Assembly (NCBI GenBank): GCA_903907925.1
Contig: CAIVQB010000133.1
Coordinates: 8,041 to 72,040 of the forward strand
DNA from: an uncultured Verrucomicrobiota bacterium
GTDB taxonomy: Bacteria > Verrucomicrobiota > Verrucomicrobiia > Limisphaerales > UBA9464
Direction of reading: 5' to 3'
DNA length: 64,000 nt
Each line of letters starts with the position of its first letter. Positions within the stretch are counted from its first letter, which is position 1. The notes beneath the pieces were generated by a model that worked only from the letters and a program-made list of their open reading frames with translations, was not told the origin of the DNA and ran no database searches. The position numbers and the translations under genes were made by a program. Positions 9,397 through 18,542 of this stretch are shown in pieces.

Positions 9397-10836
9397 CTAC
9401 GGGGACGACGGTTTCGAGTCCACCGCGGGCGGCGCAAAACGGATGTCTTCGGCCCCGGAATGATCCGCGGCGACTCTTGATCCATGAAGGTCGACCAGGT
9501 CGAAGGTCGTGACGTAGAGGATGAAACCAATGACGAGCATGGCACCCGCCGTCTGGACCCAGCGTACCACGGGTTCGCTGAGAGGCCGACGGCGGACCCA
9601 TTCCGCCAGGCTGAGCACGATGTGACCGCCGTCGAGCATGGGCACGGGGAGAAGATTCAGCAGTCCCAGGTTCACGTTGAGCAGCACGCTGAACCAGATC
9701 GCCTGTCGCCAGGCAAGCTTGTTTTCGAAAACGAGGTAGTAGATCCGCATGATCCCCACCGGGCCACTCAGGTGTTGGGGTTTGATCTCAGATTTGGGCG
9801 AGATCAAGGCGGTCAGGGTGCTGACCATGTTGCCCACCACGCCGGTCACCTGCTCCCAAGGATTCGGATAGGCCATGGTGAGGACGCCGGTGTCGTCGAA
9901 AACAATACCGATGATGGGCTGCCGGTTGGTGGGTCCACTGATCGGAAGCTCAGGGGTGACCATGGCTTGGAGATGGTCGGTGCCGCGACGGATATCGAGT
10001 CGAACCGGGCGCGCTCCGTGGGCGTGGATATAGTCGCTGAATCCATTCCGGTGATACATGTACTGACCGTCGGCGGATTCGATGATGTCGCTGGGTCGGA
10101 GTCCGGCGCGTTCGGCCGGACTGTTGCGTTCGACCTTACCGACCATCGGGGCTTCGGCAGGGTAGACCTTGATCTGGCGGAGGTTTTCCCGTTGCCAGCC
10201 CTTGACCGGGTCCTTGGTGGGTTCCGGTTCCACCACGGATCGGACACCATCGCGTTCGTATTCGATCCGCACCGTGCGTCCCTCGCTGGCGGCGACCTGC
10301 CAGACGATCGAATCGCCCATGCCAACAAAACGCTGCACCGGATGATTGTCGATCGAGAGGATGCGGTCGCCGGGTTTGAGACCGGCCCGTTCCGCCGGCG
10401 AGCCCTTGACCACATAGCCGATGACCGTGGTCACCTCGGCCTCGGAGACCGGGCGGCCGATCAGCCAGACGAGGGCGGCAAATCCAAAGGCCAGCGACAG
10501 GCTGAAAACGGGGCCGGCGGCGGCGACGATGATCTTGTCGAGCGGGCGGGCGGGAAGGAGAGGTTGGCCATTTTCAAGCGCACGACCTTCGATCCATTCC
10601 ATCGGCGCCATCTGCGGCAGCGAAACGAATCCGCCGGCGGGAATCGACCCCAGCGAATACACCACCGAGCCGATTTTCTTCTGCCACAACGGGCGGCCGA
10701 ACCAGATGCTGAATCGGTCGATGACCAAACCGCGCCAGCGGGCCGCCAGAAAGTGCCCGAGCTCGTGCACGAGAATGATGAAGTTGAAGAGAACAACAAC
10801 TTCGAGACAAATGAGGATGACTTTCAATACGGCCAT
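9397..10836 (-). CDS. rseP: RIP metalloprotease RseP (M50, two PDZ domains)
   Basis: HELGH, NLLPVPMLDGGH, two PDZ repeats (SPAERAGL); usual position upstream of ispG. Confidence 0.95.
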   Translation of the reverse strand: MAVLKVILICLEVVVLFNFIILVHELGHFLAARWRGLVIDRFSIWFGRPLWQKKIGSVVYSLGSIPAGGFVSLPQMAPMEWIEGRALENGQPLLPARPLDKIIVAAAGPVFSLSLAFGFAALVWLIGRPVSEAEVTTVIGYVVKGSPAERAGLKPGDRILSIDNHPVQRFVGMGDSIVWQVAASEGRTVRIEYERDGVRSVVEPEPTKDPVKGWQRENLRQIKVYPAEAPMVGKVERNSPAERAGLRPSDIIESADGQYMYHRNGFSDYIHAHGARPVRLDIRRGTDHLQAMVTPELPISGPTNRQPIIGIVFDDTGVLTMAYPNPWEQVTGVVGNMVSTLTALISPKSEIKPQHLSGPVGIMRIYYLVFENKLAWRQAIWFSVLLNVNLGLLNLLPVPMLDGGHIVLSLAEWVRRRPLSEPVVRWVQTAGAMLVIGFILYVTTFDLVDLHGSRVAADHSGAEDIRFAPPAVDSKPSSP

Positions 10837-11069
10837 GCCAGACAGGTTGGCCGGAAGGTAGAGGGGGAGTGTGGAGATGGCAACTTGGGGGATCGTCCGG
10901 TGGGTGACTTTTTGTGGCAAAGGCCCGGCACTGGAATCTGCCGGAAAACCTTCCCAATTCTTCGGAAACGGTTGCTTTGGACCGCTCTGCGGGCGGAGTC
11001 GCGAATCTCTTGAGTGGCCCGCCTCTTGACCTTCTCGTTCATCCGGGTTTCATCTCGGGGGTCTTCCCC

Positions 11070-12566
11070 ATGCCCAACCTTGCCGCAGCCTTTGCCGTCG
11101 CCGCCGAGCGTCATGCCGACCGTCCGGCACTGTTTTGGGGCGACACCCAGTACCGGTATTCCGATCTGATGCGATCCTCAGCGTGGTTGGCGGGTGAATT
11201 GGTCCGCACCTATTCGGTTCAACCGGGGGATCGGGTGGGCATCTGGCTTCGAAACCGGCCGGAGTTTGTCACCGCCCTCTTCGGAATTCTGGGTGCCGGT
11301 GGGGTCGTCGTTCCAATCAACAACTTCCTGAAGGCGGACGAGGTCTCGTATCTCCTCGAAGACGCCGGGGTGAACGTCCTGATCACCGAAGCCGCCGTTT
11401 CGGTGAGTCTGGACGAACTGCGCGCCCGCCGGCCCGCGCTTCGCATGATCTGGGTCGACGACTTTCCCGCCGGTCCGCCCGTGGGATCGTTTCCATCCGA
11501 CCGCCTCGGAGCCCGCCGGGACGATCTCGCGGTGTTGATCTACACCAGTGGCACCACCGGCCGACCGAAGGGCGCGATGCTCACCCATGGCAACCTGCTG
11601 CACAATGTGGAGTCCTGCCGACAGGTCTTGCAGGTGGTGGATTTCGACCGGTTCGTCCTTCTCCTGCCGATGTTTCACAGCTTCATGCTCACCGTCTGTG
11701 TCCTGCTGCCTCTCCTGGTCGGGGGATCGATGGTGCTCATCCGGTCGCTGCATCCTCCCAAGTTGATGTTGCAGGAAATGCTGCAAAACCAGGGAACGGT
11801 CCTGCCGGCCGTGGCGGCCTTGTTTCGGGTCCTGGCCATGCTGCCGCCGGGCGTGGAGTTGCCGCTTCGACTCGGGCTCAGCGGTGCGGGTCCGCTTCCG
11901 CTGGAAATTTTGCGCGCGTTCAATGAGCGCCACCCCAATGTTCCGCTGATCGAAGGCTATGGATTGAGCGAGGCCAGCCCGGTGGTATCGGTCAATCCCA
12001 TCGCCGGACCCTGGGTCGCCGGAACGATCGGCCCGCCGATTCCGGACGTTGAGATGTCGGTGCAGGACGATCAGGGAGGCCTCCTGAGCGACGACGTCGA
12101 CGGTGAAATCTGCGTGCGCGGAGGCAACGTGATGCTGGGGTATTGGAACGCCCCCGAAAAAACGGCGGAAACGCTGGTCAACGGCTGGTTGCGAACCGGT
12201 GACATCGGCCACCGCCGTCCCGATGGCTACTACGTCATCACCGATCGGAAGAAGGACATGCTCAAGCCGAATGGGATCAATGTGTATCCGCGGGAAATTG
12301 AAGAGATTCTTTATCAGTTCCCCGGGATTCGTGAAGCCGCGGTGGTGGGCGAGCCCTGCGATCGGCGCGGTGAACGTCCGGTGGCCTTCGTGAGTCTGGA
12401 TGAGGGAATGGCCTTCGACGAAAAGGCGCTGCTGGGGTTCCTCCGCGAACGCCTGGCGGATTTCAAACTCCCGCGGCGGGCAATTGTCCTCCCCTCGCTG
12501 CCCCGGAACGCGACCGGGAAAATTCTGAAAACGGCATTGCGGGAACGGTTGAATCCATCTGAATAA
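11070..12566 (+). CDS. Long-chain fatty acid--CoA ligase (ANL superfamily)
   Basis: YTSGTTGRPKG, EGYGLSE, RTGDIG, DRKKD, GKILK. Confidence 0.92.
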   Translation: MPNLAAAFAVAAERHADRPALFWGDTQYRYSDLMRSSAWLAGELVRTYSVQPGDRVGIWLRNRPEFVTALFGILGAGGVVVPINNFLKADEVSYLLEDAGVNVLITEAAVSVSLDELRARRPALRMIWVDDFPAGPPVGSFPSDRLGARRDDLAVLIYTSGTTGRPKGAMLTHGNLLHNVESCRQVLQVVDFDRFVLLLPMFHSFMLTVCVLLPLLVGGSMVLIRSLHPPKLMLQEMLQNQGTVLPAVAALFRVLAMLPPGVELPLRLGLSGAGPLPLEILRAFNERHPNVPLIEGYGLSEASPVVSVNPIAGPWVAGTIGPPIPDVEMSVQDDQGGLLSDDVDGEICVRGGNVMLGYWNAPEKTAETLVNGWLRTGDIGHRRPDGYYVITDRKKDMLKPNGINVYPREIEEILYQFPGIREAAVVGEPCDRRGERPVAFVSLDEGMAFDEKALLGFLRERLADFKLPRRAIVLPSLPRNATGKILKTALRERLNPSE

Positions 12567-12630
12567 GCTCACAAACTTCGTCTCCAAGACAGCGGCCGGG
12601 AAATCGCTGCGGCCGGAAAACATTGAGACC

Positions 12631-12996
12631 ATGCCAACAAATCGCCCCAAGAATATCGTCAGCATTCATCCGTATTTCACGGCTCATCCCGGACAGATGC
12701 CGGCCTGCCGGGCACTGCTCCAGGAGTTTGTTCGTCAGACGAGCGACGAGCCCGGATGCCTGTACTATGAATTCACGATCCGCGAGGACGTGATCTTCTG
12801 TCGCGAGGCCTATCGCGGTGCTGACGGAACTCTCGCGCATCTCGCCAATGTCGATGCTCTGATCACGCGGATGCTCGCGGTTTCATCGCTGTCCCGCCTG
12901 GAACTCCATGGGCCCGCCGCGGAATTGGATCGCCTGCGTGGACCGCTGGCGGCGATGAATCCGGAATGGTACGTGCTCGAGTGCGGGGTGAAGTGA
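12631..12996 (+). CDS. Antibiotic-biosynthesis-monooxygenase (putative quinol monooxygenase) family protein
   Basis: EPGCLYYEF...REAY...LAHL ABM-type pattern. Confidence 0.75.
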   Translation: MPTNRPKNIVSIHPYFTAHPGQMPACRALLQEFVRQTSDEPGCLYYEFTIREDVIFCREAYRGADGTLAHLANVDALITRMLAVSSLSRLELHGPAAELDRLRGPLAAMNPEWYVLECGVK

Positions 12997-13016
12997 TTTG
13001 GGGCGAAGGCCGTGGT

Positions 13017-13103
13017 TGGAGCGGGCCTTCAGCCCTCAAATCAAGAGTCGGATTTTGACGTGGGGCGATGCCCCACGCTGGTATGTTGCGGGCCTTTGGC
13101 CCT
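13017..13103. repeat. REP-like composite element
   Basis: Direct repeats GCGGGCCTTCAGCCCT (13021-13036) and GCGGGCCTTTGGCCCT (13088-13103) flank the perfect hairpin CGTGGGGC-GAT-GCCCCACG (13059-13077), between convergent genes. Confidence 0.7.
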
Positions 13104-13120
13104 GATCGCCCCGCCTTCGT

Positions 13121-13369
13121 TCACCCGCCGGCGGTGATGCGTACGATTTCCAACCGGTCCCCGTGGCGGACCGGTCGCGTTTCGAATTCCGACGGGGCTA
13201 CGGCGTCGCCGTTGTGCTCGACTACCACCGAGCGCGGTGGCAATCCCAGATCCAACAGCAGCGATGTCAGCGTCGCCGGCGGCTGAAACGTTACGGCGCG
13301 GCCATTGGCGATGACCTGCGCCGTTTCGATCGAATTTTGCGGAGCGGCGTTCTCAGCCGGCGAGCTCAT
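13121..13369 (-). CDS. thiS: Sulfur carrier protein ThiS
   Basis: VIANG, VVVEHNG, GDRLEIVRITAGG with C-terminal diglycine. Confidence 0.9.
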   Translation of the reverse strand: MSSPAENAAPQNSIETAQVIANGRAVTFQPPATLTSLLLDLGLPPRSVVVEHNGDAVAPSEFETRPVRHGDRLEIVRITAGG

Positions 13370-14552
13370 AGGCGAAGCCCTTGAGGTATTCCGTTTCAGG
13401 AATCGAAGGAATCACCGGATGATCGGGGGCCTGACCGTAGTGCGCGACCCGTTTGAGCGTCTTGTGGGCGTCGGCCGCCGCGGAGACGATGACCTCCTCG
13501 AACAGGCGAGCGTCGACGTGGTGGGAGCAGCAGAAGGTCGCCAGAATGCCTCCGGGCTTGAGCAGTTTGAGCGCACGGAGATGGATCTCCTTGTAGCCGC
13601 GCAGGGCGTCATCCACCGAGGCGCGATTGCGGGTGAAGGACGGCGGATCCAGGACGATGAGGCCGTACCGTGGAATCAGGCGTTCGCCGGGACCATGGGT
13701 CGTGTTGGCCTTGAGCCAGTCGAAGACGTTGATGGTTTCGAACGCGATCTTTTCCGACAATTGATTGATCTCGGCGTTCCGACGCGCGGCAGCGATGGCA
13801 TCCGCACTTTGATCCAGGGCGAGCACGCGACGGGCACCCGCGCGTGCGGCGTGCAGGGCGAATCCGCCGAGGAAGGAAAAGCAATCGAGCACCTCGACGC
13901 CCTTGGCGAATTCAGCGACCGCGGCGTAGTTGGCCTGCTGATCGAGATAGAGGCCGGTCTTGTGGCCTTCAACCAAATCAGCATCGAACTGGAGCCCATT
14001 CAAACGGACGGCCACCGACGCGGGCGCTTCGCCGGCGAGCACGGAGTTCACGCTCGGCAGTCCGTCGAACTTTCGGGACGGCATGTCATTGCGCTCGATC
14101 ACCGCGCGCGGTTCCAGGAGTTCCTGGAGCACGTCGACGATCAGATGCTTCCGCTTGTCCATGCCCAATGAACTGGTCTGGAGCACCAGGACGTCTTCGT
14201 ACTTGTCGACGATCAGGCCGCTGAGGAAATCGCTCTCAGCATTCACCAATCGGAACGAGGTGGCCTGCGGATACCAACGCTGACGGTGGGCGAGCGCGGC
14301 ACCGATGCGGGCCTTGAAGAAGGCCTTGTTCAGTTCCACGCGGTCGTGATCCAGCATCCGAACGATGATCTTGGAACGCGAATTGTAGAGACCGGTGCCG
14401 AGGAGGCGTTGGCGGTGGTCCTTGACCTGCACGGCATCGCCATCATTGGCGGCGGCGGTGAGGCGGAGGACGGAGTTGGTGTAGATCCAGGGGTGGCCGA
14501 GCAGGACGCGATCGGCTTCGCCTGGCTTGAGAATGACAGTGGCGAGGGACAT
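13353..14552 (-). CDS. rlmI: RlmI-type class I SAM-dependent rRNA m5C methyltransferase (PUA + MTase)
   Basis: GHPWIY, ESDFLSGLIVD, GHKTGLYLDQ, LDPPSF, PDHP, ETEYLKG. Confidence 0.88.
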   Translation of the reverse strand: MSLATVILKPGEADRVLLGHPWIYTNSVLRLTAAANDGDAVQVKDHRQRLLGTGLYNSRSKIIVRMLDHDRVELNKAFFKARIGAALAHRQRWYPQATSFRLVNAESDFLSGLIVDKYEDVLVLQTSSLGMDKRKHLIVDVLQELLEPRAVIERNDMPSRKFDGLPSVNSVLAGEAPASVAVRLNGLQFDADLVEGHKTGLYLDQQANYAAVAEFAKGVEVLDCFSFLGGFALHAARAGARRVLALDQSADAIAAARRNAEINQLSEKIAFETINVFDWLKANTTHGPGERLIPRYGLIVLDPPSFTRNRASVDDALRGYKEIHLRALKLLKPGGILATFCCSHHVDARLFEEVIVSAAADAHKTLKRVAHYGQAPDHPVIPSIPETEYLKGFAYELAG

Positions 14553-14675
14553 GGCTTTGGCTTGTAAACAGTGACCGCCCAGTGAAGGCGGAACCCGATA
14601 CTACGCCATACCGGGCGACAATCTGGAAGCGATTTGTTGAGGCGGTTCCTTCGAAGCTGCGAACTCCTTCGAGGC

Positions 14676-15092
14676 CTATCCGCCAACGGGGAGTGCCTTC
14701 GGCAGGACAAACGCAGTCGGGATGCCGGTGTCGAGGGTCGCGAGTCGGGCTCCGTGGGTGGTTGCCAACTGCAGCAGATGAGCGTCCGTTGTGCTCGAGG
14801 CCGAGGCGCACCATTTGGGCCATCGAATCGAGGCCTGATCGTCGGGAAGGAATTCGTGGCGATTCCCAAGGGTCGACAGCATTCCGCCCAGAACCTCTCC
14901 GGCCTCAATCACCGTGATCAACCCGTCTGTTCGTTGGACGGAAACTCTCACGAACCCGAGTTGCGGGATGGCGGAGGTGAGGAGCCGGTCCTTGGATCCA
15001 ACGGAGGCAATCCACGATACGACGCGGCGGTGGTCGGTGTGGTCCGACCACCCCCAGGCCACCAGCACATTCACATCGAGCAGGTACTTCAC
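14676..15092 (-). CDS. vapC: PIN-domain (VapC) toxin
   Basis: YLLDVNVLVA, GFVRVS, TDAHLLQLA, LATLD. Confidence 0.9.
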   Translation of the reverse strand: MKYLLDVNVLVAWGWSDHTDHRRVVSWIASVGSKDRLLTSAIPQLGFVRVSVQRTDGLITVIEAGEVLGGMLSTLGNRHEFLPDDQASIRWPKWCASASSTTDAHLLQLATTHGARLATLDTGIPTAFVLPKALPVGG

Positions 15093-15322
15093 GGGAAATC
15101 ACTCATGAGCAGTTTCACCGTTTCCGTTGTGAGTGGCGGGTGTTCGGCCAGCGGGGCGAAGACGAGGGCGCCGGTCAACGGGCACCGGATCCGTTCGGGC
15201 TTGACCCGGTTGTTGGTGCGTCCACTGGCCCGCCGCCGCAGATATTCCGACAGCGACAATTTTTCATGCTGCGCCAGACTGCGGATGCGGCGTGCTTCCG
15301 TCGCACTGACTTTGAAGCTCAT
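15089..15322 (-). CDS. Ribbon-helix-helix type antitoxin (VapB-like)
   Basis: MSFKVS..EARRIRSLA....LSLSEYLRRRA; the stop overlaps the toxin start (GTGA). Confidence 0.8.
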   Translation of the reverse strand: MSFKVSATEARRIRSLAQHEKLSLSEYLRRRASGRTNNRVKPERIRCPLTGALVFAPLAEHPPLTTETVKLLMSDFP

Positions 15323-15332
15323 GCTTGTCACG

Positions 15333-15349
15333 GGTATTACGGTAATACC
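15333..15349. promoter_or_regulatory. Palindromic operator of the leftward TA operon
   Basis: Perfect inverted repeat GGTATTAC-G-GTAATACC immediately upstream of the antitoxin gene. Confidence 0.75.
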
Positions 15350-15501
15350 ACCGTCCCGACGCGTCAAGAAACCTGGCTGGTCCTGATCTCTTCGGACCGC
15401 AGAGCAGAGATCGTTTTTCAAACAATTCCAACCGTTGACGAATGGGACGTTGAGTTGATGGGAAGGTGCGAATTCTTCGCGCTTTCCTTCACTCAATCGA
15501 A

Positions 15502-15518
15502 TGCTATCATTGATAGCA
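15502..15518. promoter_or_regulatory. FitA-type operator of the rightward TA operon
   Basis: Perfect inverted repeat TGCTATCA-T-TGATAGCA 15 nt upstream of the antitoxin ATG. Confidence 0.8.
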
Positions 15519-15533
15519 AATGAGGGAACAGCC

Positions 15534-15770
15534 ATGGCGCAATTGATTGTCAGGAGGATCGAGGAAAAGGTCGTCAAGAAGCTGAAACAGCAGGCGGGCG
15601 CGCATGGCGTTTCGATGGAAGAGGAGCACCGGCGCATTCTCCGGCAATCACTTCTGGGGAAGGCGTCCGTCCGGCTGTCGTTGAAGGACTATCTCCTGCA
15701 ATTTCCGGATGTCGGGTCGGACCATTTGTTTGAGCGTCAGCGCGACCTCGGCCGGGAGGTGAACCTGTGA
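15534..15770 (+). CDS. FitA-like RHH antitoxin
   Basis: MAQLIVRRIEE.V..KLK..A..HGVSMEEEHRRIL; RBS GAGGG. Confidence 0.9.
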   Translation: MAQLIVRRIEEKVVKKLKQQAGAHGVSMEEEHRRILRQSLLGKASVRLSLKDYLLQFPDVGSDHLFERQRDLGREVNL

Positions 15771-16186
15771 AGGGCTATCTGCTCGATACCAACGTGGTGA
15801 GCGAACTTCGCAAGGGGCGTCGAATCGATGCCGGCGTGTCAGGATGGCTGGATGCCGTCGACGACGAAACCTTGTTCCTGAGCGTCCTCGTCATCGGAGA
15901 GATTCGCAAAGGCATCGAACGGGTGCGTCCCACGGATTCGGCCAAGGCGCGAACCCTCGAGAACTGGCTCACCCGATTGGAACTGGGATACGGAGATCGT
16001 GTTTTTCCCGTCACTTCTGCGGTGGCCGATCAGTGGGGACGCCTCAGCGCCATCCGTCCCCTATCGGTCGTCGACGGCCTTTTGGCGGCCACCGCCATGG
16101 TCCATGACCTGACCCTTGTGACCCGCAATGGATCCGACGTTGCGCATACCGGGGTCGATTTACTCAATCCCTTTTCGGTGCACTGA
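15767..16186 (+). CDS. vapC: FitB/VapC PIN-domain toxin
   Basis: YLLDTNVVSELRK, GEIRKG, DGLLAATA..HDLTLVTRN, NPF; GTGA coupling. Confidence 0.93.
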   Translation: MKGYLLDTNVVSELRKGRRIDAGVSGWLDAVDDETLFLSVLVIGEIRKGIERVRPTDSAKARTLENWLTRLELGYGDRVFPVTSAVADQWGRLSAIRPLSVVDGLLAATAMVHDLTLVTRNGSDVAHTGVDLLNPFSVH

Positions 16187-16472
16187 AAAGAAAACTTCAC
16201 GCCAAGTGGCGATAGTCGGGTGGTTATAAAGGTCGACGGAGTGACGCTTTCGATTGAGGAGAAAGAGGCGATTTTTGACGGCTGTCAGTATGTCGGACGC
16301 ATCGTTTTCCGGGTGTGGCTAATATCACGGATGCGGCGCGCTTTGGTGGCACCGACCCCAAAGCTCAACGTGTTCGTGGGTCGTCCGGCAATACCGCCGG
16401 GCGGATGCGTCAGCGAGGACGGAATCCATCCACCAAATCGGTGAAGTCGAATCCGCATCTCCCGTCGCGGAC

Positions 16473-16565
16473 TGGGAGCGCCGCCCTCCTGGCGGCTTGG
16501 CGGTTCGAGTCGGTTTTGAAGGCTGGATGGATACACACAGGCCGGCATGAAGCCGGCGCTCCCGG
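16473..16565. repeat. REPIN-like inverted pair (GGAGCGCCG family)
   Basis: GGGAGCGCCGCCCTCCTGGCGGC ... GCCGGCATGAAGCCGGCGCTCCC: two palindromic units in inverted orientation. Confidence 0.75.
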
Positions 16566-16622
16566 TCCGGGAGGACTTGGCGGTTGCCATTCGGGCGGGT
16601 GGATGGTGTCCTACGCGTACGT

Positions 16623-18338
16623 ATGAGTTCGCCTGCTGTGTCGTCCCGGCTATCACTGACCGCCTGGCTGGTCATTGTCATCGCGGTGATCGGGTTTGCC
16701 TTCGATACCTACGAATTGTTGATGTTTCCGCTGATCGGCGGACCCGCGGTCGCCGAACTCCTGCAGGTGCCGGTCAACAATCCGGTGGTCACCGAGTGGC
16801 TGGGAAAGATGCTGTGGATCACCGCGCTCTGCGGCGGGATCTTCGGGTTGCTGGGGGGATGGCTCACCGATCGGTTTGGCCGCCGGACCGTGCTCGCCGG
16901 CAGCATCGCGCTCTATTCGCTATCCCCGGCCTTTGCGGCTCTCAGCACCTCGGTGTTGCAATTTACAATCTTCCGTTCGGCCACGTTTGTCGGAGTCTGC
17001 GTGGAGTTCGTCGCGGCCATCACCTGGCTGTCGGAACTGTTTCCCGACCGTAAACAGAAGGAAAAGGTGCTCGGTTGGACGCAGGCTTTTGCGTCCATCG
17101 GCGGATTGATGGTGACCGGTGTGAATGCCTGGGTGCTGGCGCATGCCAACGGACTTCCCGGTCTGCCGATCACCGAACCGTTCAACGCCCATGCGACTTG
17201 GCGGTACACGCTGCTGACCGGACTGATTCCCGCGCTTCCCATCGCATTGTTGCTGCCGTTTGTTCCCGAATCCCAGGCCTGGCTCGCCCGCCGCAAGGCC
17301 GGGACCCTGCGTCGGCCCAGCTTTGGTGAACTGTTCTCTCCCAGTCTCCGCCGGACCACGTTGATCACGGCCGGACTCTCCGCCTGCGCCTACGCCGCGG
17401 CGTTTGGCGCGCTCCAGGTCACTCCCACTCGCGTGGTTCCCGGACTGGCCGAACTGGCCCCGCAGCGGGCGTTGCTGAAACCGCTTCAGGACGAGGCGCT
17501 GCAGTTCAATCGACTCCTGCTGACGAATCAGCTCCCGGCCTTCCGTCAGGCGTTGGGTGATGTTCCCGGATTGCAGGAATTGGCGGCCCGCCGGGTGCGG
17601 ACCAAGCAGGCGATGGGACTGGCCCGGCGATCAATGGACAAACCCGGAACGACCGATCAGGCGAAAGATGCGTTCAAGACCCAGTTGACCGGCCTCACCA
17701 ACACCCTCACCGGGCTCGATGCCAATCTCGCTGAAATCACCGCCAGTCATCCCGAGGCGCGCAAGGCGGTGCTGGATCGCGAAAAGACACTGGGTTTGCT
17801 GGCCGCCAACCGCGCCAAGCAGGAGCCGTCGGACGACATCATCAAGAAACGTGGCAACACGATTCAGCTCTGGCAGGAAATGGGCGGACTCATCGGCCGG
17901 ATCGCCCTGGCGTTGCTGCTGGCTTTATCGATTCGCCGCGGAGTTCTGTTGCGGATGTTCCTGGTGCCGGGACTGGTGATGTTCGCGCTGACCTATCTGA
18001 ACCTTTACCAGTCGGCTCCCGAATTCTTTGCCTGGGGCATTGCCGCCTGCGGCTTCTTCACCGTCGCTCAGTTCAGTTACATGGGTGAATTCCTGCCCAA
18101 AGTATTCCCGGTCCATCTTCGGGGAACGGGCGGCAGTTTCGCCACCAATGTCGGCGGACGAATGATCGGAACCTCTGCGGCGTTTCTGACCACTCAACTG
18201 GCAGCGAAGAATTTTTTCCCGGGGAACACGTTCGAACAGGTCGCGACCGCTGCGGGCATTGTCGGGACGGCGGTGTTCGCACTCGGATTGGTCCTCAGCT
18301 TCTTCCTGCCGGAACCGGTTGCGGCGGTGGAAGGCTGA
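16623..18338 (+). CDS. MFS transporter with large hydrophilic insertion
   Basis: GWLTDRFGRR motif A, multiple TM helices, FPVHLRGTG; about 140-aa helical soluble insert in the C-terminal half. Confidence 0.9.
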   Translation: MSSPAVSSRLSLTAWLVIVIAVIGFAFDTYELLMFPLIGGPAVAELLQVPVNNPVVTEWLGKMLWITALCGGIFGLLGGWLTDRFGRRTVLAGSIALYSLSPAFAALSTSVLQFTIFRSATFVGVCVEFVAAITWLSELFPDRKQKEKVLGWTQAFASIGGLMVTGVNAWVLAHANGLPGLPITEPFNAHATWRYTLLTGLIPALPIALLLPFVPESQAWLARRKAGTLRRPSFGELFSPSLRRTTLITAGLSACAYAAAFGALQVTPTRVVPGLAELAPQRALLKPLQDEALQFNRLLLTNQLPAFRQALGDVPGLQELAARRVRTKQAMGLARRSMDKPGTTDQAKDAFKTQLTGLTNTLTGLDANLAEITASHPEARKAVLDREKTLGLLAANRAKQEPSDDIIKKRGNTIQLWQEMGGLIGRIALALLLALSIRRGVLLRMFLVPGLVMFALTYLNLYQSAPEFFAWGIAACGFFTVAQFSYMGEFLPKVFPVHLRGTGGSFATNVGGRMIGTSAAFLTTQLAAKNFFPGNTFEQVATAAGIVGTAVFALGLVLSFFLPEPVAAVEG

Positions 18339-18461
18339 GTTTGGGGCGTCTGAGGTGGAGAATCTGGAAGGCAGGAGAGCAGGAGGGACTGAAGACGGGA
18401 AAACGGGAAAACGAGCGAGGGGACAGTGATCCCTTGGGTGTGGAGTGGGGAACCGACGAGA

Positions 18462-18535
18462 CCGGAGCGCTGGCATCCTGCCGGCGAGTTGGATCCAAAC
18501 TGACGTAAAAGGCCGGCTGAAGGCGAGACTCCGGG
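18462..18535. repeat. REPIN-like inverted pair (GGAGCG family)
   Basis: CCGGAGCGCTGGCATCCTGCCGGC ... GCCGGCTGAAGGCGAGACTCCGG between convergent genes. Confidence 0.65.
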
Positions 18536-18542
18536 CGGGGCG

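Noticed and set aside
16187-16470. Short ORFs after the second vapC
   Set aside because: No recognisable motif or RBS and conflicting frames; could be decayed sequence but cannot be supported.
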